A stretch of DNA of 63,660 nucleotides, counting the filler, from Octopus bimaculoides (Eukaryota): the NCBI RefSeq assembly GCF_001194135.2. It is 6 parts of 6 records of this genome, joined end to end, with 100 filler letters (N's around TTAATTAATTAA, not from the genome) between each part and the next. Parts side by side here need not be neighbours in the genome. Positions count along the whole stretch, not along the records: positions 27,196 to 45,538 come from NC_068991.1; positions 45,639 to 56,349 come from NC_068983.1; 4 more parts are not named here. One strand, written 5' to 3'. The notes under the pieces are model-generated. The model was not told where the DNA came from. It was given only the letters and a program-made list of their open reading frames with translations, and did not search any database. Numbering within the stretch: position 1 is the first letter of the stretch; the number at the start of each line of letters is the position of its first letter. The translations under genes were made by a program, and so were the position numbers. Positions 39,651 through 53,454 of this stretch are shown piece after piece.

Positions 39651-40261
39651 GTAAATATTCATATGCCTATCAAACTATGTGTATGGGATAATAAACCATT
39701 GATTTACTCTTCAAATACCTTGTGTCTCTCCTCCTTAATGTTGATTTCGTTTCCTCTCCGTCTCTTACTGAGCCACATTCATTCCCCATGATTCTTTTGA
39801 TATTTCATTTATGCTATGAATGAAGCTTGTGTAAGCGTGTAAGACATTGAAGTACAACACTTTCATATCTATCGTGGTATACTTTTCGAAACATCTCTGA
39901 AATGTCTTTCGCATGACAAACTTCATTCCACTTTTGAAACTTCATTTCCCAAATAAAAGTGTTACTATCATCTTCCATGTTCACTTGTGTCATTTTTAAA
40001 TCCAATGATTCTTCTCTTGCAATGTTTAAACATTAGATATCTGGGCGTTTCCGTACATCATTTTCGTTTTAATATTAAAGACAAAATATATAGGGCGGCG
40101 AGCTGATAGAATCGTTACCGCGCCGGTTAAAATGCTTAGCGGCATTTCGACATTACGTTCCGAGCTAAATTTATGCCGAGGAAAGCTGCAAGATGAATAT
40201 ATCCCAGTGAGAGCGATGTCATCACTTCCAAATTTTGGGGTTCCACAGACGTATTTGGATA

Positions 40262-41644
40262 TAAAAAGTGTTATGAAAAGTGCCTGGACTAATTATATTT
40301 GATAAAGAACAACTTATTTACGTAAGATTTAACATCATCTCCATCGAAATAATCACCTTGCGCAGCAATACACCGGTCTCAGCTTTCCTGCCACATTTGA
40401 AATACGGCATAGAAGTCGTTTTACATAAGCGAGTCGAGGACCTTCTGCGATTCGCTCTTCATCTCGACAACGGGGTTAAAACGGCGACATTTGAGCTGCA
40501 TTTTCATCTTGGGCAAGAGACTGAAGCCCGCAGGTGCTAAATCTGGCGGAGCGATATTGTGTTGATTTGAGCGTGAAACTAATGAGTGAGGATGCAAAGT
40601 ACCCTCACCGCTGGTTAAATGTCTACAGAAGCCTGCATCTATACGCTAGCTCCATATTTATATATATATTTGTATACCTCGGTGAGAGGGTGTATTGTTT
40701 TTGTGAAGAATTCAATTCTTCGCGCTGCAAAGATCAGCTCACTTTCATGGAAAGTGCTCCCTCAGACGCTTCAAAAACGTTGCAGTAGAACTGTCGATTG
40801 ACGATCGGGCCTTGGGGGGGGGGGAATTCTTGATGCAATATACCGCAGATGTCAACAAAAATGATGAGCATATTTTTTATTGAACTGTGACTCTATCGTC
40901 ATGGAGACGAAGGGCTCTTCCATTGTGACGACTGCTGCTTCGTCTCAGGGCCGTAAACATAGACCCAACTCTTGTCACCGGTGATGACCCTCGACATGAA
41001 GGATGGGTCACCAGTGGAACGCTGACGGAGATCTTGACAGACTTCTATGCGATGTTTTTTCTCCTCTGTGGTGAACAAGCGGGGGACAAATTTGGTAGAG
41101 ACACTGTGCATGTTCAATTCGAACTTTAGGATTGCCTGAACGGATCCATACGACAGATCAACAACATCAGTAAAATGTTGATTGTCCTCTATCGATTCTC
41201 ATGGACAAACTGATGAAGTTTCTTCACATTTCCACATTTCCCTTAACGCTCGTGACAGGTCTTCCAGATCGTTCATCGTCTTCCAAGGACGTTGTTCCGC
41301 TTTTGAAGCAACTGTGCCACTCAAAACATTGCGTACGGCCCATTGCTACTTCGCCGTAAGTTTGCCGAAGCATGCTCAATGACCCCGTAGCAGACTTCCG
41401 TAGTTTAAGGTAAAATTTCACGTTGGTTCTTCGTTTCAACTTCCTGTCCATGATACAAATCGCAGATTAAATCTTACACAGGACCACAGAAACATAAATT
41501 TCACAACTTGGGACGTAAACGCACCAATGACACTCGGCGCACTGCCTCATGAATGATACTTCTAGCGCTCATTGAGCATGCAGTCGTGTGCTGGCTTCTC
41601 TTGGCGCTACAGAATTAGCAAGAGCATATTTTGATACCACCCCG
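40262..41644 (-). mobile_element. Near full-length decayed mariner with an 87-bp insertion
   Basis: Right terminus ttttgataccaccccg|TA and a degenerate left terminus. Minus: MDRKLKRRTNVKFYLK..EDDERSGRP, STKFVPRLFT, ITGDKSWVYVYGPETKQQSSQWKSP, PDLAPAG, RCIAAQGDYFDGD. About 1.3 kb without the insert. Confidence 0.9.
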
Positions 41645-41746
41645 TATGTATACATACATGCATACCTACACACACAGACAAACACGCACACAGATATATA
41701 CACGCTCTATGTTATGATGTCTATTGGGTTGGCAGAAACAGTGCAA

Positions 41747-41980
41747 GGCGGTGAGCTGGCAGAAACGTTAGCACGCCGGGCGAAATGCTTAGCGGTATTT
41801 CATCTGCCGTTACGTTCTGAGTTCAAATTCTGCCAAGGTCATCTTTGCCTTTCATCTTTCGGGGTCGATAAATTAAGTACCAGTTACGCATTGGAATCGA
41901 TGTAATTGACTTAACCCATTTGTCTGTCCCTGTGTGTCCCCTCTATATTTAGTCTCCTGTGGGAAAATAAAGAAATAAGA
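41747..41980 (+). mobile_element. SINE type 4 (Deu/Nin-like core), best copy
   Basis: ggcggtgagctggcagaaacgttagc head, gagttcaaattc B-box-like, gcctttcatctttcggggtcgataaattaagtaccag core. Further fragments near 40093, 46020-46150, 47870 and 52860-53460. Confidence 0.85.
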
Positions 41981-42691
41981 AACAGTGAATGCCTGACGGA
42001 TGTTTTGTATCTTCAATCCTTTTACATAATGTGTCAAAATGGAAATTATTTAATGAACCCATGTGCTTCTGAAATATAAAGTCCCATGCCTTTCACATTT
42101 GACCCAAGGGAATATATAGGATGTGTCTTTTAGAGGGAGAGAGTGCACATTTCGAGGCAATACACTGGAGGAGCGGAGAATGAAATATTTTACTCCAAAA
42201 CTCACTGCAATGATTTGCTCTGGAAATTGTTTCATGACCACACTTGGAATATATGGAAAGCACTGCTACCCTCATGTTAGTTTAATGAGTCGAATGATGA
42301 GTTCCTCGAACGACTAAATGCTCGACGTCGAAACCGACGAAGGACTAATCATATAAATATATACTAACATAAGTGTGTAGTAGAAGGATAAAGAATATAT
42401 GTATGATTTTTATTATTCTGTATATATATATATGTTTAGTGTGGGACTGTATAGGGTTGTGCGCTTTTTGTGTATGATATGGAGAATATATGCAATTCTA
42501 CCATGAATAAATACTCCAGTTTCGTTAGCTGTACCTCCTCCAATGCGAAGAAAACATGAAACAGAGAAAAAAAAGTCCTGCACTATTTAGAAATAAAATA
42601 TAGCGAAAAAGAAAGAATAAAAATAAACCAGAATTCCTTGGCTTTTGAAAAGCTCTCCTGTGTTGTTTTCGTTGTTCATGTGGTTGTTGTC

Positions 42692-42756
<65 letters not shown>

Positions 42757-43562
42757 CATCATCATTATTATTATTATTATTATTATTATTAAGGTCATTA
42801 TCATTATTCGTATTGCTGTTATTATGTAAGTTCTTGTATTTCGTTTCTTAATATTTATTCGATTTACGCATTTATCTCTTCATTTTGTTTTATTCCTTTT
42901 CGCTATTCATACGCGATTTACTCTCGCTATCTTAACTCGATAACCCATTATAGAATCGATACGGCATTATAAATATGGAGCTAGCGTATAGATGCAGGCT
43001 TCTGTAGACATGTAACCAGCGGTGAGGGTACTTTGCATCTAACAGCTTAAATAGCCGTTCTATATCTGCCTATTTTGTGAATATCAGATGGTGATTACTG
43101 CAACGTTCCATTCTCATGCATATGTATATATAGACACACGTATGCATATATATGTAAATATGTAGGAATACTTATAAATAAATATACATATATATATATG
43201 TATGTATATATATATATATATTTGTATGTCTGTGTACATTTATATATATATATATATATATANNNNNNNNNNNNNNNNNNNNNNNNNNNNNNNNNNNNNN
43301 NNNNNNNNNNNNNNNNNNNNNNNNNNNNNNNNNNNNNNNNNNNNNNNNNNNNNNNNNNNNNNNNNNNNNNNNNNNNNNNNNNNNNNNNNNNNNNNNNNNN
43401 NNNNNNNNNNNNNNNNNNNNNNNNNNNNNNNNNNNNNNNNNNNNNNNNNNNNNNNNNNNNNNNNNNNNNNNNNNNNNNNNNNNNNNNNNNNNNNNNNNNN
43501 NNNNNNNNNNNNNNNNNNNNNNNNNNNNNNNNNNNNNNNNNNNNNNNNNNNNNNNNNNNNNN

Positions 43563-43613
<51 letters not shown>

Positions 43614-43666
43614 AACATATATATATATTAATATATATCAATCTCTCTCTATCTTTCAATCTATCT

Positions 43667-43701
<35 letters not shown>

Positions 43702-44482
43702 CATACCTATATATGTACAAAAATAAACACACACACACACACATATATACACACACACGCACAGGGATTCAACCTTTCATACATGTCTACATACAATACA
43801 TGGTTACATATTATGCATACCTGTATACAATCATATACAATTCTTATTTCTATATTTATAACTTTCTCAGTATCCCTTCTCATTGTTTTTCCGTTCTATA
43901 ACTTTATGTTTCTGCTCTTAGGATTGAATTACGCTTGGATCGCTCAGGTATTCGAGTAAGAGCGTAGATGTTTGTGAAGATCTGTGTAAGATAATTTTAA
44001 TTATCTAAATATATGCGTGTAATTAATTGCCAGAATGTGACGATAATTATATGTGCGTGTNNNNNNNNNNNNNNNNNNNNNNNNNNNNNNNNNNNNNNNN
44101 NNNNNNNNNNNNNNNNNNNNNNNNNNNNNNNNNNNNNNNNNNNNNNNNNNNNNNNNNNNNNNNNNNNNNNNNNNNNNNNNNNNNNNNNNNNNNNNNNNNN
44201 NNNNNNNNNNNNNNNNNNNNNNNNNNNNNNNNNNNNNNNNNNNNNNNNNNNNNNNNNNNNNNNNNNNNNNNNNNNNNNNNNNNNNNNNNNNNNNNNNNNN
44301 NNNNNNNNNNNNNNNNNNNNNNNNNNNNNNNNNNNNNNNNNNNNNNNNNNNNNNNNNNNNNNNNNNNNNNNNNNNNNNNNNNNNNNNNNNNNNNNNNNNN
44401 NNNNNNNNNNNNNNNNNNNNNNNNNNNNNNNNNNNNNNNNNNNNNNNNNNNNNNNNNNNNNNNNNNNNNNNNNNNNNNNNNN

Positions 44483-44537
<55 letters not shown>

Positions 44538-44951
44538 CTCTCACTGTGAAACTCACTTGAAACATAATCACGCAAAATGCTGCCCTCTGTATCGTACGTT
44601 AGGTATATACGCCTTTGACAGGCAAGATTCTACTGCAGTTTTCGTCCAAGAAAAATCTCGTGGAAACTTATACAATAATTCTAGCTGCCTACACATTAAC
44701 ATTGCATATAATATAAATATGCTATATAGATGGAGTAGTTATAAATGTATACATCCACACACACACATATACACACACGCACATACACACACACACATAC
44801 ACATATAGTATATAGAAAGCTCATATTCCAGAAATTTTGCATGCTGGGTCACTTGCATTTTAGGAGAAACTCAGCATAACGAAATGCATTTAGCTATTAT
44901 GAATTCGTTATTACCGTTAGTCCTATTATTGTTATCATTATCATTATTTAA

Positions 44952-45110
44952 GGCGGTGAGCTTGGAAGAATCGTTTGCCTGCCGAACAAGATGCTTGAAG
45001 GTATTTCGTCCGTCTTTACGTTCGGTGTTGAAATTCTCCCGAGGTCAAATTTGCCTTTGATACTTTCGACGTTGAGAAAGTAAATACCAGTGAAACACTG
45101 AGGTCTATGT
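44952..45110 (+). mobile_element. SINE type 4, old copy
   Basis: Aligns loosely to 41747. Confidence 0.65.
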
Positions 45111-45171
45111 TTCATATTTTTATACTGTATATAATACTATGTGTATATATATCTATATCAATATATATGTC

Positions 45172-45210
<39 letters not shown>

Positions 45211-45212
<2 letters not shown>

Positions 45213-45538
45213 TGGTTGTCTACTCCTTAAACAGAGTTTGACCACCTCCTGCACCTACACCTTAGCCCTTTCATGGCGTCTGATGTGACTTTTTAAACCA
45301 GACAGTGTTTTGAAAAAACACCCACACAGATTGCACCTCTGATTTGCACTACCAATACCTGCAAGTAAGTTCTGCTCATTGTGGATCCTAACATGTCTTT
45401 TAAGACCCCCATTGGATTTGCAAACCCTCTGGCACACACCACATTCAAACGTGTGCACAGACATATAATCAGAATAGCTGGGTGAGGTTTGTTTTCCATG
45501 GGTTCGCAGGTGAGATTTGAGGCCAGCCAAGGACAGAC
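45211..45538 (-). mobile_element. 3' end of RTE-like LINE with three C2H2 fingers, copy B (frame open)
   Basis: LSLAGLKSHLRTH..FECGVCQRVCKSNGGLKRHVRIH..QRCNLCGCFFKTLSGLKSHIRRHERAKV*. Short 3' UTR abuts (TA)n; the 5' side is lost in a gap. Confidence 0.8.
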
Positions 45539-45638
45539 NNNNNNNNNNNNNNNNNNNNNNNNNNNNNNNNNNNNNNNNNNNNTTAATTAATTAANNNNNN
45601 NNNNNNNNNNNNNNNNNNNNNNNNNNNNNNNNNNNNNN

Positions 45639-45997
45639 ACGTTTCTCTAAAAGAAATGGAAAAACTTTCAAAATACAAAGACCTGGAAATAGAGATAACT
45701 CGAATGTGCAATCTAAAAACAGAAACAATTCCTATCATAGTAGGTGCCTTAGGTATAATAAAAAAATATTCAGACAAATACATAGCAAAAACACCAGGAC
45801 TTACAAATATATATAACATACAGAAAATTGCACTACTGGGCACTGCACACATTCTACGCAAAACACTTTCAATACAGTAACCATAAGAGCACCACAGCAA
45901 ACCACAGCACATACCCAAGGCGCACAGAGCTGCGCTCGGTAGTGAAGTGAAAGCACGTTATAAAAATAAAACTACTGAACAATACTAATAATAATAA
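45639..45997 (+). mobile_element. R4/Dong-like RLE non-LTR retrotransposon 3' end, copy A
   Basis: KEMEKLSKYKDLEIEITRMCNLKTETIPIIVGALGII..IQKIALLGTAHILRKTLSIQ*, then a 3' UTR ending in (AAT)n. Confidence 0.85.
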
Positions 45998-46806
45998 TGC
46001 TTCGTACTATAGGCAGAAGGCCTGGAATTTGTGGAGAGGGGACTGTTCGATTATATCGAACGCAGTGAAAAGCAAAGTCGGCCTCGGTGGATCAACGTTT
46101 GAAATATTGCTAAGCATATTGCCCGGCGTGCTAACAATTTTGCCAGCTAACCGCCTAATAATAACAATAATAATTGCCCTGATACATTATCAGGCAGTGA
46201 CTTTCAGGACTTCTGATCTTAACTGATTGGAAATGTTATCATGCACATAGCTTTGTCTTGGTATAAAAGACGGGCTACAAAAAGTATTCTGCTCAACGGC
46301 ACAGATTTGCTTGTCAGTTGTTTGACCTTAAATAGTTGAACATGTCCCTTAGTGGCTGACCATATGTGTCTCTCTGATCATGAGCAGAAGTAGTGGGGGA
46401 GCATCAGAGCCACGAGTTGAAAGGAATTCTTTGGAGTTTGGGCAACTTACCTTTGAAAACCTGGACATTCCGTTCAATATCCTTAAACAACCCTTATTCA
46501 GGGATCTTTTGAGCGGGATAGGCTATTCGGCCCGAAGAAAATTCTAACTTGACCAAACCTGCAAGGTTAAGCACTGTTCATCTTGATGTGAGATCACATG
46601 TCGCGCACTTATGTTTGTGATGCACGTGTGGCTGTACCCTTATCCTTATCAGATGGGTAGTCAACATGGGTATACTAGGCTTCATATATTTTACCCCAGT
46701 GTCATTTTGATGGCATGCACTGCTCTCTCACTCAATAATAATAATAACAACAACAACAATAATAATAAGAACAATAACAATAATAATAATAATAATAATA
46801 ATAATA

Positions 46807-47400
46807 AGACACGACAGAGCTGGGACCTATATACACTGGAAGCTATGTCAACACTATGGAATAACAACAGAAAAAAGATGGTATAAACACACGCCAGAAA
46901 AGGTCACAGAAAACGAGAAAGCAACCATACTCTGGGATATGCCAATACACACAGATAGAGAAATTAAGGCAAATAGACCAGATATAGTTGTCAAAGATCA
47001 TGAAGAAAAAAAATGCTTTCTAATTGATGTATCAATACCAGCAGATGACAATGTTTCTCTAAAAGAAATGGAAAAACTTTCAAAATACAAAGACCTGGAA
47101 ATAGAGATAACTCGAATGTGGAATCTAAAAACAAAACAATTCCTATCATAGTAGGTGCCTTAGGTATAATAAAAAAATATTCAGACAAATACATAACAAA
47201 AACACCAGGACTTACAAATATATATAACATACAGAAAATTGCACTACTGGGTACTGCACACATTCTACGCAAAACACTTTCAATACAGTAAACATAAGCG
47301 CACCACAGCAAACCACAGCACATACTCAAGGCGCACAGAGCTGCGCTCGGTAGTGAAGTGAAAGCACGTTATAAAAATAAAACTACTGAACAATAATAAT
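46807..47400 (+). mobile_element. R4/Dong-like RLE LINE, 5'-truncated copy B inside (AAT)n
   Basis: RHDRAGTYIHWKLC..WYKHTPEKV..ILWDMPIHTDREIKANRPDIVVKD..LIDVSIP..EKLSKYKDL (PD-D/ExK RLE). 1-nt frameshift versus copy A; AAT repeats on both flanks. Confidence 0.9.
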
Positions 47401-48203
47401 AATAGTAATAATAATAATAACAATAGCAGAAGGAACTGTAATATAAATATAATTCAATAATAGAGAATTAGTAAATCAGTTATCCGGTTGTGTATTTCCT
47501 TTTTAATTACTTCTCTTCGAGATTAATAATAATGCAGATCCGGTGTGATTTGCACGTAATTAAGTTTAAATGAGCTGGCAGCCAAAGCTTCATCCTGACA
47601 ATGCCAGAGTCACAAATTAAGTTGAATCCTTTCACTCACGCGAAATTGATCATTTGCTATATGTAGAATAATTCAGGAAACAGTGGAGCGATTTTTTCAC
47701 AAGATTTTGTTTTGTTTTTTAATTTAATAGACAGATCTTAATTAAAACCAAATATATTTTGCTGATTTAGTTTCCTTTCCATATATTATATTTCTGCTAA
47801 CATATAGAGTGTACACATTTATAAGCATATGAAAAAATGGAATATTTCGTATACGCATTATCATTTTAAGGCGGTGAACTGGCAAAATCGATGGCGGGTC
47901 AGATATAAAGCTTAGGGATATTTCTTTCCGCTGTTTACGGCCATATTTGATTTTTGAACTATGAGAGTAGATAAAATGTGTGGAAGTTGAGCACTGGGGT
48001 CGTCATCATAGACTAATCACCTCCCCCAAATTTCAGGGTAGGGCAGGACTTATGCCCATAGTAGAAAGCTTGCAGAACCGTTACAGCGCCAGAGAAATCT
48101 CTTCGCGCCTTTTATTCCAGATGATTTCCTGGGGTTAAAATAACAGTAACATCAGTCTTTACCAGGCAGTTACGTGATGTTGGTATATAGACATTACTAT
48201 CTG

Positions 48204-48287
<84 letters not shown>

Positions 48288-48816
48288 CACCAATAAAAGT
48301 TAATGACCACATCAAAGTGGCTGTTCCGTGTTACTACAGGTTTAAGTCCNNNNNNNNNNNNNNNNNNNNNNNNNNNNNNNNNNNNNNNNNNNNNNNNNNN
48401 NNNNNNNNNNNNNNNNNNNNNNNNNNNNNNNNNNNNNNNNNNNNNNNNNNNNNNNNNNNNNNNNNNNNNNNNNNNNNNNNNNNNNNNNNNNNNNNNNNNN
48501 NNNNNNNNNNNNNNNNNNNNNNNNNNNNNNNNNNNNNNNNNNNNNNNNNNNNNNNNNNNNNNNNNNNNNNNNNNNNNNNNNNNNNNNNNNNNNNNNNNNN
48601 NNNNNNNNNNNNNNNNNNNNNNNNNNNNNNNNNNNNNNNNNNNNNNNNNNNNNNNNNNNNNNNNNNNNNNNNNNNNNNNNNNNNNNNNNNNNNNNNNNNN
48701 NNNNNNNNNNNNNNNNNNNNNNNNNNNNNNNNNNNNNNNNNNNNNNNNNNNNNNNNNNNNNNNNNNNNNNNNNNNNNNNNNNNNNNNNNNNNNNNNNNNN
48801 NNNNNNNNNNNNNNNN

Positions 48817-48894
<78 letters not shown>

Positions 48895-50034
48895 TGTGTG
48901 TATGTATATGTGTGTGTGTGTATATAGTTGAAAACCTCTAGAGCAATATTTTTAAATGGCCAATTTATTTTAACGAAAATTATTCCAACGGCAAGACTAA
49001 TTCATTGCAAAACGCTTTTCTCAAAATGAATTGGAATATCAATACAACTAGGATATGAATCGAAATGTAGCTTCTGTGAACTGTGGAGAATTCATTTGCA
49101 TATACCAAGCCTGAAAGTACATATTCTTAAGGTTTAAACTCTCTTATACAGTTGGTCAACACTTGTTGCGTATCAACTCCTTTGATCTATAGACAAAGCC
49201 GAGTTGAAATCTCTTGTGTTTGCATCAATAATTCTTTTCTCTTCCTACCACTCTCATTTACAATAATTTGCAAATGCATGGTTTTGAATATATTATAATT
49301 ATATATCAGAGAATAATGTAAAAGAGCCTTCTAACTAAAATTGTGAACAAAAGATTATGTAAAAATATGTATGAGACGCTTTGTTTTTCAAATGGACATC
49401 TTTCTTGTATTCATGCGATTTTAGTTCCACGTTTTCATCGAAATGTCATTTTTGAGAATGAATAGTTTATTTCTAAGTTTTCTATGTTTAACGCACAAGA
49501 TGGTTGCTTCATAATTCTTTACACCCAGACGCACACCCATGCATACACTCACACGTTTTAAAAGTAACTCAAAAGCTGAGTTTCTTGCTTGCAATTACCA
49601 AATTCTGAGGCGTGGCAAAGAAGTGCTTTCAGTCCTTGTGCCATGTTTCTCTCTTCTGCAGATAAAAAAGTGCATTTACTGGATAGTACTATTCTTGTTT
49701 TCTCCACAGAACTTATCTCATACCTCTGTTTTTCTCTCTTTGTGTGTCTCTCTCTCTTGCTCTCACACACACTCTCTCTCTTTCTCTTGCTCTCACACTC
49801 TCTCTCTATCTCTCTACCTCTCTTTCCATCTCTCTCCCTCTCCCTCTACCTCTCCCCCACTTGCCCTCCCGCCTTTCTCCTCCTCCTCTCTCTCTCTCCT
49901 CCTCTCTCTCTCTCCTCCTCTCTCTCACTTTCTGTAGAGAGTGTAAGGGACGTTTNNNNNNNNNNCTCTCTCTCTCCTCCTCTCTCTCTCTCCTCCTCTC
50001 TCTCACTTTCTGTAGAGAGTGTAAGGGACGTTTT

Positions 50035-50870
50035 GATGCCAATCTTTGTCAAGTTATTTGTTACCAAGATGGAATTGTGAACTGGTGTATTCTTCCAATG
50101 ATTCAACTCTGGCCTATTGCGACCAAATAACTTTCTAGACATTTCGTTGACATTTTTGTTGACTGTCTGGCCAATAGATGTAGATGTTTTCCTAACTGTC
50201 GATAAAAGGAAATAATCATGAGTTTCGCAAGGGATTAGTTTTGCCTGTTCTTCTTGGACCTTGGGGAGCCAGGATGCTTCCATTGATCACGCTGTATCTT
50301 AGTCTCTGGATCATAAAAGTAGATCCAGATTTCAGCATTGATCGGCAGAGACTCAAATCATCGTGCATCAAAGGTAAGGAGCCCCAGTATTTCTATGCTG
50401 CTACCAATGCCCCCTTCCTTTTGTTCATCACTGAGCACCCTAGTAAAATTCTTTGGAGTCATTTTGCAAAAGTTCGTAACATCATGAATAATTCTATATA
50501 CATTTGCCACACTAACCACAAACCGTATGCTTACTTATTTTATAGACACCCAAGTCCTCATCTAGAGCTCTGATGTTCTGACGCCCCTCTCATTTTCACG
50601 CCTGTTATTGTCCATCACCTTCTCTTTATCTTCCGGGAAACTCTTGTGCCCGATATAAACAGACGTTGAGCTCATACAATTAGTTTCGTGAATTTCATAC
50701 ACGTTTGTAGCGTTTTTGGTCATAGCGAGCTTCCAAGTTGCTTTCAAGTCTCTACTAAATTTTGCAAACTAGCCACCTGTAACAAGCAATGTGACAAGTA
50801 ATGTACGTTGTAAGTGCTGTTACAGATGTCTCCTTCAATCTGTAATTTGGGAAACAGCGTTGGCAAGTCA
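50035..50870 (-). mobile_element. Old mariner transposase remnant
   Basis: Minus frames: CMSSTSVY, NVYRIIHDV, RVLSDEQK, EIWIYFYDPETKIQRDQWKHPGSPRSKK, GQTVN. Confidence 0.75.
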
Positions 50871-52129
50871 GCTTATTAGATGTATACTAATGATATTTTA
50901 AAATGTAATAGTCTAGGGCAGTTATAACTGTCTCCCCTCAAATACTCTCAAAATTTCTGGAATGCACTTAGTAACTATATCTTGTACTCCCTATTTCCTG
51001 ATTCATTAGCCTTTGTGAAAATTTTGATATTTGCAACTGTGTATAAGAAGTAATGTCTTAACAGATTAGGTAAAAACGTCACTGGACAAGAGATAAATTG
51101 CAGAAGGAATGCACATGATAATGGACGCAGATGATCCATTTGTAACGAAAATATATTGTTGTTGATATTTTATAACTTCAGCTTGATGCATTCTACAATC
51201 AATATGTTTGTGTATATATGATAGCCCAATGGAAATTTGTTTATTTGTGTATGTATCTATATAATACTTAGTGGATAACTATGAATATTTCTGTGTATGT
51301 TGTTGATATAATTATAACCAACTTTATCTTATTTATCGCTACATCATTTAGCAAGTGGTTGCAATCAGCAGTAAATGTGAGATCGGAAATAACACCTCCA
51401 TATTTACGTGTACGGGCATATGTCAGAAATAATGTTCTGAGTGTTTATGTGAGTGTTTGTGTGCATGCACTTTATACTGAACTGTCTTGATCTGATAATA
51501 TCCTCATTAAAAACAACATTAAATTAGTTGTATCCAATTCTGAAATATATTCATATTCAGTTACTAGTCTCACACAAAATGTGTCACATATTTCTCTCCT
51601 CTCTCAATATTGTTCGCTATCCAAGCAGACGTTATCAATGCTAAACGAATAATTAATTCAATTACTGGACAATCTTTTTCTTACTAATTCTCTGTAATTA
51701 TTATAAAGATTGTTATATCAATGTGAGAAAGGAATGTTGTTGCTGCTGTTGTTGTTGTTGTTGTTGTCGTCGTCGTCGTCGTCATTGTTGTCGGTTTATT
51801 AACATGTATTCAAGTGTTTTAACTAGGTTTCGTGGTCATTTGTATATCCAAAGACTTTGTATTGTCAATATACGTCACTAACATTTTGTTAAACTACGCG
51901 GAAGCAATGCGGACTGGCTGGTAAGTCATTGGTCATAGACTTCTCCAGCTGTGAAGGCAGTCCTTTGAGACCAGCAACTGTATTAGCATTTCACCAGGCA
52001 CCTGCAAGTGGTCCTGAGAATATTTTACTTTGTAGTTCATGTTGGAGACTGAAAGTGTATCTTAGGTGCACTACAAGTTCAATCGATGGGATCCTCCTGA
52101 TCTGTGACCGAATTATGTGCGTCGATTGC

Positions 52130-52500
52130 GTAGTATGATGTTTGTTTCCAACAGAATGTACTTCTGTTGATAGTGTTGCTAAATATTCCCTTTCCCATTT
52201 TTTATGAGTCCTTGCACGTTTGGTGACCATTAATTTTATTTCGGTCTTCAAGTTGCACACACTAAGTTTGGTAGTTGCACTTCATTACATTCAATGTAAT
52301 TTTATGGCTATGTTCCTCAAGGCTTGTTTTGCTATTTCGATAAATTTCTATCAGTTATATTTTACGTCGTACTTAATGTTAGCTTTTACTTCTCTGCCAA
52401 TATGGAATACACCAGAGAATGATGACTTTATTTCTGTCCCTACGTTTCGGAGCTTAACTTACCACGTCTCAGTTTACTTAAGCCTGTAACTTCTGCATAT
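52130..52500 (-). mobile_element. Very decayed R4-like RLE fragment
   Basis: Traces ILW..REVKAN and CNLKTEI are collinear with copies A-D. Confidence 0.45.
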
Positions 52501-52961
52501 TTTCCTGCCTAGCAACGTCGTTGTTTTATATGGATGATTATCAAAGCCTCCTTATCAGTAAATATTTTTGTTTATATTTTAATATGCATTCCACCTTTTT
52601 CCTCTTCTACTTAGTATTCTTCTTTTTTCTCTTCTGTTTCTTTTTTCTTCTACTTCTTCGTTGTATCATTTTTTCTTAAGAATCTTACTGAGTATGCAAG
52701 CTGGTGAAATCGTTACCGGGCTGAACAAAGTCATATCTGCCAGACAAAATCGTTTCTGCACCGGACAGAATCGTTTCAGTGCCAGGCAAATTTTTTCTGC
52801 GCTGGACAAAATTTTCCACAGCATTTTAAAAAGTCCTTTAAGTTCTGATCTCACATACTGCTGAGGTGAGGTTTGCCTTTCATTCTTTCGTGATCTAGTA
52901 TTGAGATCAATGTGACTGACCTCCTTACTAAAGTTGCTATCCTTGTGCCAAAATTCGAAAC

Positions 52962-53018
<57 letters not shown>

Positions 53019-53454
53019 TGTAGGATCGTGCTGAATTGTTAGTGCATCACGAAAGTCAGCTTCGCATCTCATTCCTCCGAGGTCGATAAAATATAGTACT
53101 ATTGAAGTAATCAGGATTGACATTACTGACAAACAACATTTCAAAAAGATGCTGGACTTGTCTCGAAAACAAGAACAATTATGGAGAGCATCGGATTAGC
53201 AGAATCATTAGAGCATCCGCCGAAACTTTTAGCGGCATTTCTTAAGCCTCTTTATGTTCTCAGTTCAAATTTCATCAAGATCAATATTGCCTTCATTGTT
53301 TCACGGTCACTAAAATAAACACCAGTGAAGTACTACTGCTCGATGAAATTGACTTATTTCTATCCATAAAATCACAGACTCAATTCCATAACTTGAAGAG
53401 GCAGCGAGCTGGCAGTAATGTTAGCACGCAGGGCGAAATGCTTAGTGATTTTTT

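Noticed and set aside
39814-40005. 63-aa non-repetitive minus ORF (TFIWEMKFQKWNEVCH)
   Set aside because: No recognisable family and a poor splice context; within chance expectation.
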